This document shows positions 33,841-42,900 of a DNA stretch of 46,323 bases, in pieces (within the stretch, counting starts at the first letter, position 1; every line of letters begins with the position of its first letter). Position numbers and translations under genes: made by a program. Source of the stretch: a virus (lineage: Duplodnaviria; Caudoviricetes). The notes under the pieces are model-generated. The model worked only from the letters and a program-made list of their open reading frames with translations. It was not told where the DNA came from and ran no database searches. The stretch is taken from the IMG/VR virus record IMGVR_UViG_3300012352_000462, positions 1-46,323 of that record; one strand, written 5' to 3'.

Positions 33841-34953
33841 ATGTCGGAAGAAATTATGAATAATAATACAGAAATTGCAAAGGACGCTGCTTCAGGTGCC
33901 TTTGCTTCTGGTGGTATTGGTGGTATCGTGGATCCAGGTGCAGAAACACTTGGAAACATTCCTACCGCTAATTTCGGTGTAACAACTGGACCAAATGCTA
34001 CCAACCCTTCTGGTGATGCAGGTAGTGGCATCCTACGCCCTGAACAGGCACGTCGTTTTATTGACTACGTATGGGATGCTACAGTTCTCGCCAAAGATGG
34101 TCGCCGTGTTACAATGCGAGCAAACACTATGGAACTTGAAAAGGTTAACGTAGGTGAGCGTGTAATTCGTGCTGCTGCTCAGGCAGATCCAACCTACACC
34201 AACACTGGTGCGACATTCAGCAAGGTGGAGCTTACAACCAAGAAGATTCGTCTTGACTGGGAAGTTTCAGCTGAAGCACTAGAAGATGGCATTGAGGGTG
34301 GTGCTCTAGAGGACCACTTGGTACGCTTGATGACAAACGCATTTGCGAATGACATTGAGGACCTAGCCATCAATGGTGACGCTGGTTCGGATCCATTCCT
34401 TGGAATTATGAACGGTTTCGTAAACCGTGTTAAGACCAACGGAGATGCTCACGAAGCAGTTGTTACAGTTGCTGACAACGCATGGACACCAGATGTTCTA
34501 CAGAGCGTAATTCTCGCTCTACCACGTAAGTATCGTGCACTTAAGTCTAACCTTAAGTTCTACGCTGGTACTGACGCATTCCAGGGCATTGTAAAGAACA
34601 ACGGTACTCTAGCTGACGCTATTGCTGAAGCTTTCGCTGGTTCTCCAGCAGGTACTCCAGCTAACCGTCAGGCTTACCTAGACGGTGCTGCACAGACATT
34701 CGGTGGAGCACGTACTACTCGTGTTCTCGGAATTGACGTACAGGAAGTTCCTTACTACCCTAATGGTTATGTTGACCTTACATTCCCTCAGAACCGTGTT
34801 TGGGGTTTCCAGAGAGACATCACCGTTAACCGTGAGTACAAGCCAAAGAAGGACACCATTGAGTACACCGTATTCGTACGTTTCGGTATTCAGTGGGAGG
34901 AAGAGGATGCAGTTGCATTCGCTGACGCAGATTCTTCGGATCTATACTACTAA
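33841..34953 (+). CDS. Major capsid protein (HK97 fold)
   Basis: GIL.PEQARRFID, VELTTKK, EALED.IEG, FANDIEDLAINGD; AGGAGG SD; position after protease; terminator follows. Confidence 0.92.
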   Translation: MSEEIMNNNTEIAKDAASGAFASGGIGGIVDPGAETLGNIPTANFGVTTGPNATNPSGDAGSGILRPEQARRFIDYVWDATVLAKDGRRVTMRANTMELEKVNVGERVIRAAAQADPTYTNTGATFSKVELTTKKIRLDWEVSAEALEDGIEGGALEDHLVRLMTNAFANDIEDLAINGDAGSDPFLGIMNGFVNRVKTNGDAHEAVVTVADNAWTPDVLQSVILALPRKYRALKSNLKFYAGTDAFQGIVKNNGTLADAIAEAFAGSPAGTPANRQAYLDGAAQTFGGARTTRVLGIDVQEVPYYPNGYVDLTFPQNRVWGFQRDITVNREYKPKKDTIEYTVFVRFGIQWEEEDAVAFADADSSDLYY

Positions 34954-34970
34954 AAACTAAATAAAGATTT

Positions 34971-35004
34971 GGGAGCAGGGATTATATCCTTGCTCCCTTT
35001 TCTT
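34971..35004 (+). terminator. Intrinsic terminator after capsid gene
   Basis: GGGAGCAGGGA/TCCTTGCTCCC followed by TTTTCTT. Confidence 0.8.
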
Positions 35005-35042
35005 ATTTGTCTGATATAATTGGTTTAGGAGGTAATGCTATC

Positions 35043-35537
35043 ATGGCAGAAAATAAACTAGAAAATGAAAGCACAGAAGCAGAGATTGTTGCTGTAGCAG
35101 AAGAAGCAGTTGCAGAGACTGTAGAGAATGTTGAAGAGGTAGCAGAAGTTCCTGCTGCTGAAGAGGCTGTTACAGAAGAGCCTAAAGAAGTAAAGAAGCC
35201 AGCTAAGAGCAAGAAGGCTGTAGAGAACGCAATCGTTTCTGAGTCTGCTGACAAAGAAGACGAAGACGTTGACGCACTACTAGATAGACTAATTGCTTCA
35301 GAGAAGAAGGCTGGAAATGTTATTGGGTCAGTATCTGCAGACAAGGTTACACCAGTTGCAGTAGATGCAGATGCAGCCAAGGTTGCAGTTTTCTCAACCA
35401 GAAATGCATCATGGGGAGGGTATGGCAGCGTCTACAAGGGATACAACATCCTAACAAAGACACGTGCAGACGCATGGCTATCTCGTAGCCACGTACGACT
35501 TGCTACTCCTTCTGAAGTAGCCCAACACTTGAGGTAA
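35043..35537 (+). CDS. Acidic low-complexity protein with small basic C-terminal domain
   Basis: Start reassigned to ATG 35043 after AGGAGG and TGATATAAT. Confidence 0.75.
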   Translation: MAENKLENESTEAEIVAVAEEAVAETVENVEEVAEVPAAEEAVTEEPKEVKKPAKSKKAVENAIVSESADKEDEDVDALLDRLIASEKKAGNVIGSVSADKVTPVAVDADAAKVAVFSTRNASWGGYGSVYKGYNILTKTRADAWLSRSHVRLATPSEVAQHLR

Positions 35538-35543
35538 ATATAA

Positions 35544-36422
35544 ATGCAAATATTGAGGGTTCCGTCAAGCACAATAGCTTACACGATTGACGATTTGGTT
35601 CCAAACGCCGAGTATGAGTTTTCTTGGGAAGACTTGGCGGATAACTCAATATTCTCTGGAACAGTAACTGCAAACCAGAACGGTATTGTAACTATAAGCC
35701 TTCCATCTAATAGAGATGGAGAATATGAAATCTTATTTGGAGACTTAGACGAAGTTGTCACGGTAGTTAGACCATATGTAGATCCAACCACAAAGGGTGT
35801 TACTGCTAGTGAGATATCACAGTACTCTAAGAACGAAGAGCTAGCCAGAGCAATCATCGACTCAGTAATCGATGAAGGATTCTATTATTCAAAGAAGGTA
35901 ATAGAAACTACTGGAAATGGTTCTGACTATATTCCACTATGGGTTAATGCAAGCAAGGTCTTAGAAGTTTATGAGAACAACGTTCTTGTATACGACGCAG
36001 AAAATCCATCAGACTATGAGTTTGCATATTCGATCACAAAAGACAAGACTGCAATTATTAAGTCGTATTCTGGAGAAGTTAATAGATTAGAGTCTGCAGA
36101 ACTAATCCTGCCAGCAGCAGCATCAGATATAATCGGCACACAGTTTGTTCATGGAACATTCCCAAAGACATACGACTATACAATTGTATTAGAGGTTGGA
36201 TACAAGAAGATCCCATCCGACATTGTAAGAGCAGCAGAGCTATTGATAGATGATATAGCGTGTGGCAAGCTAGACTATTACACCAGGTATGTATCTGACT
36301 ACAGCACAGACCAGTTTAAGATTAAGTTTGACACTAGATCATTCGAGGGAACAGGTAACATCGTAGTAGACAAGATACTTTCAAAGTATGGCAAGTCTAT
36401 TAGATCAATCGGGGTGCTATAA
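35544..36422 (+). CDS. Head-tail adaptor/connector
   Basis: Synteny; GYKKIPSDIVRAAELLI and VDKILSKY motifs. Confidence 0.7.
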   Translation: MQILRVPSSTIAYTIDDLVPNAEYEFSWEDLADNSIFSGTVTANQNGIVTISLPSNRDGEYEILFGDLDEVVTVVRPYVDPTTKGVTASEISQYSKNEELARAIIDSVIDEGFYYSKKVIETTGNGSDYIPLWVNASKVLEVYENNVLVYDAENPSDYEFAYSITKDKTAIIKSYSGEVNRLESAELILPAAASDIIGTQFVHGTFPKTYDYTIVLEVGYKKIPSDIVRAAELLIDDIACGKLDYYTRYVSDYSTDQFKIKFDTRSFEGTGNIVVDKILSKYGKSIRSIGVL

Positions 36423-36875
36423 ATGTCATGCCCGAACATAACTGATTTTGTCTTCCCAATGATGGCAGACATCTTTTATCCAATTGTAGAACAGGGTTCT
36501 CTTGGAAACATAACTAAGCACTGGGTATTCGATAGAACAATAGCTTGCAACTTTGCACCAGCAGGGGCAGGTAACAAAGAAGAGGTTGTTCCAAATATAG
36601 ACATAACCCTAGACTCGCTTCTTGTTGGCAGATCAAAGTCAGACATTCGCAATAGCAGCATAGAGTCATCAAACGCAATTACTAATATTATTATTACCAA
36701 CATCAGAGATGCAAATTGCAACCCAATATACCTAGAATCTTCTGGAGTCAGAAAGAACAGATCAACAATATTTGAGGTTGCTACCACGCAACCATTCATT
36801 GGTCCTTTCGGAGGAACCCCAGAATATTTTAGGGTGGTGCTAAGAAGATCTCAGAACCAGGGTGCTGACGTATGA
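36423..36875 (+). CDS. Head-closure/head-tail joining protein
   Basis: Synteny and size. Confidence 0.55.
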   Translation: MSCPNITDFVFPMMADIFYPIVEQGSLGNITKHWVFDRTIACNFAPAGAGNKEEVVPNIDITLDSLLVGRSKSDIRNSSIESSNAITNIIITNIRDANCNPIYLESSGVRKNRSTIFEVATTQPFIGPFGGTPEYFRVVLRRSQNQGADV

Positions 36876-37540
36876 TTATAAAAATGAACGGCACCCAATT
36901 CATTAAGGATATGAATAATATCATTAAGTACTCTGAGGGATTCTTAGAAGGCGTAGAGCGTGGAAAAGCACAAATGCTATCAAACGTTGGTAAGGCATCC
37001 ATTGAGGTAATCAAGCAATATATAGATTCTAGTGCTAGGGTAAACCCAGCAGCTCTGCACCACGTTTATGAATGGTATCAGGTTGGTAGCCCAGATGCCA
37101 GACTATTTGACATAGTATATAGCGTAAATGGTGCTGGTCTTTCTATTAGATCACAATTCAGACAGTCAACTGTAATTAAGAATGGATCTAAGGTTCCATT
37201 CTACGATAAGGCACGAATTATGGAGTCTGGGGTATCTATTACTATTAAGCCAAAGTCTGCCAACGTGCTTTCGTTTGATGTAAACGGAGAAAAAGTATTT
37301 ACTAAAGGACCAGTTACAGTTAACGATCCAGGTGGACCAGATGTGCAAGGATCATTTGAGGCAGCATTTGATTCATTCATGAGAGGTTATTTCTCTCAAG
37401 CTTTCTTGTCAAGTAGTGGTATACTATCTAAGTTGAATGATATTTCAATATTCAAAAAGAATATGTCTTCAGGTAAAAGATCTGGAAAGCAAAAAGGTAT
37501 TCAAACAGGTTATCGTTGGATAACAAGCGTAGGAGTTTAA
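36872..37540 (+). CDS. Neck/tail-completion protein
   Basis: Synteny. Confidence 0.5.
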   Translation: MIIKMNGTQFIKDMNNIIKYSEGFLEGVERGKAQMLSNVGKASIEVIKQYIDSSARVNPAALHHVYEWYQVGSPDARLFDIVYSVNGAGLSIRSQFRQSTVIKNGSKVPFYDKARIMESGVSITIKPKSANVLSFDVNGEKVFTKGPVTVNDPGGPDVQGSFEAAFDSFMRGYFSQAFLSSSGILSKLNDISIFKKNMSSGKRSGKQKGIQTGYRWITSVGV

Positions 37541-37544
37541 AAAA

Positions 37545-38111
37545 ATGGCAATGACATATCCACCAGTTCTTATTAATGCATATTTGGCTGAAAAGGTTGT
37601 TGAGGCTCTACCTGGCAGATTCGCTGGAGGTCTTTTCAGATTTTTCCCTACTATGCCAACAGACATTAATCAGCTAACTGAACAATTTCCAGATGCTGCA
37701 GGCGATGTTTTTGCGGTATACGACAGAATGTTTAGAATGCGAAATAAGCCATTTCCACACATTAAAGAAGAGCAAATCCTATACTACTTCTATAAGATGG
37801 CAAATGACCCAGTAGCACTAATAGAAGCTACACAGGCAGTCTACGACCTGCTGGACCGTGGTGACGAGTCAGCTGAAGATGTGAACAGATGGGTTGCTTC
37901 TAAGGTAAATGAGGATGGTCTAGTTGTTATTGCTGGCGACGAGTTTTATCCAGTCTATTTCCATGAATTTAAGATTTTCCAGTTAGAAGAAGCCAGAGAC
38001 ATAGTGGACTTCGGCACAGCCAGAACTTATGCTGGTAACAAGATTATTATTGATTATTGCTACCACACCAAGGGCTATTCGGCTGGCAAATATAACGGCA
38101 TTGCCTACTAA
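37545..38111 (+). CDS. Tail terminator-like protein
   Basis: Immediately precedes the tail tube gene. Confidence 0.55.
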   Translation: MAMTYPPVLINAYLAEKVVEALPGRFAGGLFRFFPTMPTDINQLTEQFPDAAGDVFAVYDRMFRMRNKPFPHIKEEQILYYFYKMANDPVALIEATQAVYDLLDRGDESAEDVNRWVASKVNEDGLVVIAGDEFYPVYFHEFKIFQLEEARDIVDFGTARTYAGNKIIIDYCYHTKGYSAGKYNGIAY

Positions 38112-38191
38112 TCTTATTTAATAAAAGCATGCTATACTGTAGTTGAGGAAACAACGCCCTCTAATTCCATAGAAGAAGAGGTGAGAAAAAT

Positions 38192-38827
38192 ATGGCATAT
38201 ACACGTGGTACTAGTGCTAACATCATTGTTGGTGCTGCTGCTTTGTTCACATACGAAAATGGTACATTGTCTGATGGAGTAATTCCATCATATGTTCCTG
38301 GTGTGAGCTTCAAGGATACCCTGGAGGACAATCCAGCTGGAGACTTCCGTAACGTTGGTTACACATCTAACGGTCTAGAAATCCAGTTCCAGCCAGACTT
38401 CGGTGAAGTCCAGGTTGACCAGGTTCTTGACGTTGCTAAGCTTTACAAGCAGGGTATGCAGGTTAACCTGAATACATCATTTGCAGAGGCTACACTAGAG
38501 AACCTAGTGTTCGCACTTGCTGCAAATGCTGATACCCAGCTAAGCTCAGTAAACGGCAATCCAACCCTAAACCTATCTGCTGGTGAACTCGGTGAGTGTC
38601 CAGTAGAGCGTGGTCTAATTGCGGTTGGTCCAGGTACTGGTGACTGTGACGCATCAAGCTCAATTGAGCGTGTTTACGTTGCATACCGTGCACTTTCTAT
38701 TGAAAGTGTTACAGTATCAGCTAAGCGTGATGAGGCAACAATGTTCGACGTTTCATTCCGTCTACTACCAAACGACGCAGGTTCGTATGGTAAGATTGTT
38801 GACCGCACAATCCCAGCTTACTACTAA
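38192..38827 (+). CDS. Major tail tube protein
   Basis: NIIVGAA, VGYTSNGLE..FQPD..EVQVDQ, FAEATLENL..AL; own promoter and terminator. Confidence 0.85.
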   Translation: MAYTRGTSANIIVGAAALFTYENGTLSDGVIPSYVPGVSFKDTLEDNPAGDFRNVGYTSNGLEIQFQPDFGEVQVDQVLDVAKLYKQGMQVNLNTSFAEATLENLVFALAANADTQLSSVNGNPTLNLSAGELGECPVERGLIAVGPGTGDCDASSSIERVYVAYRALSIESVTVSAKRDEATMFDVSFRLLPNDAGSYGKIVDRTIPAYY

Positions 38828-38842
38828 AAGCTAAAAAACTAA

Positions 38843-38881
38843 GGTACTGCTCAGGTTTACTCCTGGGCAGTACTTTTTTTT
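38843..38881 (+). terminator. Intrinsic terminator after tail tube gene
   Basis: GGTACTGCTCAGG/CCTGGGCAGTACT followed by a T-run. Confidence 0.85.
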
Positions 38882-38895
38882 GCTAAAATAGATTA

Positions 38896-39582
38896 ATGGC
38901 TACTAAAGTATACGACTCAGCTTACATAGAGTTAATGGATGGAACAGAGTTGTATATAACTCCGTTGAAGATTCGCTATCTGCGTGAGTTCATGGATGCA
39001 TTCCAGTTTGTTAAAACTGCCACCAATGATGATGAAGCCATATTCTTTCTGACGGAATGTGCAAGAATTGCCATGAAGCAATATTATCCAGTAATAGAAA
39101 CTATCACAGATTTAGAGGATAGCGTAGATCTTAAAACTGTGTATAAGATTATTGAGATTGCTGGCGGTATTTCGATAAAGAACAAAGAATCCGACATAGC
39201 AAAACAGGCTAACGAAGATGACTCTTGGGATAATCTAGACCTCGTAAAGCTAGAGACAGAGATTTTTCAGCTGGGTATCTGGAAAGATTATGAAGAGCTT
39301 GAGATGTCTATGTCAATGCCAGAGTTAGTAGCAACACTAGGCTCTAGAAGAGAGCTTGAGTACCAAGAGAAGAAGTTCTTGGCTGCTATACAGGGCGTAG
39401 ATCTTGATAAGAATTCTGGTAAAAAAGAAGAAGACCCATGGGAAAGAATTAAGGCGAAAGCCTTCAGTAAAGGCAAGGCAACTAGTGGAGACGATATTCT
39501 TGCATACCAAGGTGCCAACGCATCAAAGGCTGGTTTTGGTATTGGAATGGGACTTGGCTACGAGGATTTAACACAAAAATAG
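38896..39582 (+). CDS. Tail assembly chaperone, long (GT-like) form
   Basis: Between tail tube and tape measure; N-terminal half homologous to 39636-39953. Confidence 0.7.
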   Translation: MATKVYDSAYIELMDGTELYITPLKIRYLREFMDAFQFVKTATNDDEAIFFLTECARIAMKQYYPVIETITDLEDSVDLKTVYKIIEIAGGISIKNKESDIAKQANEDDSWDNLDLVKLETEIFQLGIWKDYEELEMSMSMPELVATLGSRRELEYQEKKFLAAIQGVDLDKNSGKKEEDPWERIKAKAFSKGKATSGDDILAYQGANASKAGFGIGMGLGYEDLTQK

Positions 39583-39635
39583 ACTTCTAGTATGTTATAA
39601 TTAATTTACCATACTGGTTATATAGAGAGGCAAAA

Positions 39636-39953
39636 ATGGCAACAACTATTAACGAAACAAAAGAGATTACTCTTATCGATGGAACTACTATTTCAGTTCG
39701 ACCATTGAAGATCTCTCTGCTCCGTCCTTTTATGAAGAAGTTCGAAGGAATCGCAGCAGTTGCAGAGGACAACGACAAGTCCATGAGTATTCTTATGGAG
39801 TGTGTACAGATTGCAATGCAGCAGTACAAGCCAGACTTGGCAGACGATCTCGCCAAATTGGAAGAAAACCTAGATCTTCCTACAGTCTACAAAATTGTTG
39901 AAGAGGCTTCAGGCGTAAAGCTTGGCGACCCTTCGGCACTTCTAGGTAACTAA
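39636..39953 (+). CDS. Tail assembly chaperone, short (G-like) form
   Basis: I.L.DGT....PLKI..LR.FM..F...EC..IAM.QY.P...LE...DL.TVYKI.E.A.G shared with the previous gene. Confidence 0.7.
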   Translation: MATTINETKEITLIDGTTISVRPLKISLLRPFMKKFEGIAAVAEDNDKSMSILMECVQIAMQQYKPDLADDLAKLEENLDLPTVYKIVEEASGVKLGDPSALLGN

Positions 39954-39985
39954 AACTATGGTGTAAACCAAAAGAGGTGTAGTGG

Positions 39986-42900
39986 ATGGCTGATGCCGAA
40001 TCAAATATTAGAATAGATATTGATGCGTCTGGTGCTTTAGCTTCCCTGAAAGCTTTACAGCGTGAGATTTCAGCCTTTCATTCTACAATGGCGAAGGGGT
40101 CAGCAGCTATGGCTGCTACCTCCGCCAACCTCCAAAAAGATTTAATTAATAATATAAATGCCACAAGGCAGTTCTCTGCCAACATGACAACTGTTCGATC
40201 TGGAACAGAGTCTTTTACAAAGGCATTAGAGGGAAACAAGCTTTCTCTTGGTCAATACTTTAGATACGCAGGTGCGTCTACCCAAAAGTTCGGAAGACTT
40301 TTTAAGGGCGAGTTTGACACAATTGAGAAGGTAGCTCGTGAAAGAGTAAAGACTCTACAGACCCAATACATTAAGATGGGTCGTGATGCCAACGGTGCTA
40401 TTAAGGCTATTTCGATTAGACCTCTAGCCCTTGACATGGAAAACCTGGCAACTAAGACACAGATGGCTGCAATGAAGCAGCAGATGTTTAATCAACTAGT
40501 TAAGCAGGGATCAACAAATCTTCTAAACTTTGGTAAGAATACACAGTGGGCTGGTCGTCAGCTCATGGTTGGTTTTACAATTCCACTGACCTACATGGGT
40601 GTTGCTGCTGGAAAAGCTTTCATGCAAATGGAAGAGCAGGCAATTAAGTTTAAGCGTGTTTATGGTGAAATGTTTACCACCGCTGAAGAAACTGATAAGA
40701 TGGTCAATGACATTCAGAATCTTGCTAAAGAGTTTACTAAGTATGGCGTTGCGGTAGTAGACACCATGGAGATGGCTGCCAAGGCAGCATCGATGGGTAA
40801 GACTGGAGCAGACCTACTTGCACAGGTAACAGAGGCAAACAGACTAGCTGTTCTAGGTAACGTAGAGCAAGCACAAGCACTTGAGACTACTATTTCTGTA
40901 ACTAACGCATTTGGTGTTGCTACAGAAGAGCTTGCAGGAAAGATAAACTTCCTGAACGCAGTAGAAAACCAGACCGTAACATCTATTGAAGACCTAACGA
41001 TTGCTATTCCAAAAGCTGGTCCAGTTGTTCAGCAACTTGGTGGAGACGTAGAAGACCTCGCATTCTTCCTGACAGCCATGAAGGAAGGTGGAATTAACGC
41101 ATCTGAAGGTGCTAACGCACTTAAGTCTGGTCTTGCATCCATGATCAACCCAACTAAGAAGGCATCTGAATTCTTGCAGGGATTTGGAATTAACCTAAAT
41201 GGAATTGTAGAGTCTAACAAGGGCAACGTAAAGGGTATTGTTGTAGAATTTGCAAAGGCTCTAGATACACTAGATCCACTTGCAAGGGCACAGGCAATTG
41301 AGCAGTTATTTGGTAAGTTCCAATTCTCACGTCTATCTACTTTGTTCCAAAACGTTGTTGCCCAGGGTAGCCAGGCATCACGTGTTCTTGAGCTAACAAA
41401 TGCTACAGCAGAAGAGCTAGCAATCCTATCTGAGCGAGAACTAAAGCGAGTCGAAGACTCTCCAATGTACAAGTTCAAGAAGGCTGTAGAAGACCTAAAG
41501 GTTTCTCTAGTTCCACTAGGAGAGGCATTCGTAAAGGCAGTTACACCAATTGTGGAATTTGCTAAGGATGTTCTAGAAAGATTTAACGCACTTGATGACG
41601 GTGCTAAGAGCTTTATCGTTGGACTAACAGCTCTATTGGGTGTAATTGGTCCAGTAGCACTTATGACATTTGGTCTTATTGCTAACGGTGCTGCTAACAT
41701 TATTAAGCTTTTCCAAGGTGTTGGCTCAATATTTGGCAAGGTAAGTGGAGATTCAAAGAGTCTAGGCCTATCTACTCAATACATGACCCAAGAGCAGCTA
41801 GAGGCAGAAGCAATTGCTTCATCTCTAAACCAGACCCACGCAAGACTGATTCAGACATTCACCTCTGAGGCTGGAGCTGTTGATAAGCTAACGGCTGCAT
41901 ACAATAGATCTATTGCAGCACAGCAAAGAGCTATGCCTGGAATGGCAGTAAAGGGTGCACCTGTAAAGAAGTACGCTGATGGTGTTATTTCTGTTCCTGG
42001 TCCAAAGGGTGCAGGCGATGTTGTTCCTGCTATGCTATCTCCAGGAGAAGCAGTTATTCCTGCCAAGTTTGCAGAAAAGTATGCTCCATTAATCAATGCA
42101 ATGGTTTCTGGAAACATTCCAGGATTCGTAAAGGGTCGTGGAACTCCAGAAAAGAACATTACTGTTCAGTCTCAGATGGCTAGAGACTATAAGCAAGTTT
42201 ATGGAGAAGAAAAGGGTACAAAGGTTCTATCCGCAGCTCAGAAGGCAATTGCAGCTGAAACTAGAGCTATTACAAAAGAATTTAAGGCTAGCCAATTACT
42301 TGCTAAGGATAACGCTACCAACCAGGTTAAGCTAAACCGTGAGCACCTAGCTCAAGTAGATAAGAGCATCAAGGATGCTAGGCTGTGGCAGCTTGGCTCT
42401 GTGACACGTCCTGGAGCAATGGTTTCTAACAACCTAGTCCAGACTATGCAGTCATCTCCAAAGAATCTAAAGAGCTTTGCTACCTATCTAGCCAAGGCTG
42501 GTGCTACTGAAGCTCAGAAGTCAAACATCACCAAAATGCTTGCCTCTGGAAGATCGCTTACTGGAAAAGATGAACAGCTATACGGAAAGGCTCTCGGTCT
42601 AGTTGACAAGGACTTGAAGTCTGGCAAAGCAACTATGGGTAACCGCAAGGGAGATGCCTTCACTAGTGGAATGCGTTTTTCTGGTGCTGTTTCCAAGGGA
42701 ATTGATGCTAGATATGCTGCTCTTCAAGGTGTAGACCCATCAATCAAAAAGGCTGTAGTTGGAGATCCAGTACAGGCTCAAAAGATTGCAGACAAGGTTG
42801 CCAAAGAGCACCAAGACGCTAAGTCAAAAGATACAAAGGCTACCAAGGAGTCTACAAAGGCTACTCAGCAAGCAACAGCTACAACAAAGCAAAGACAGAA

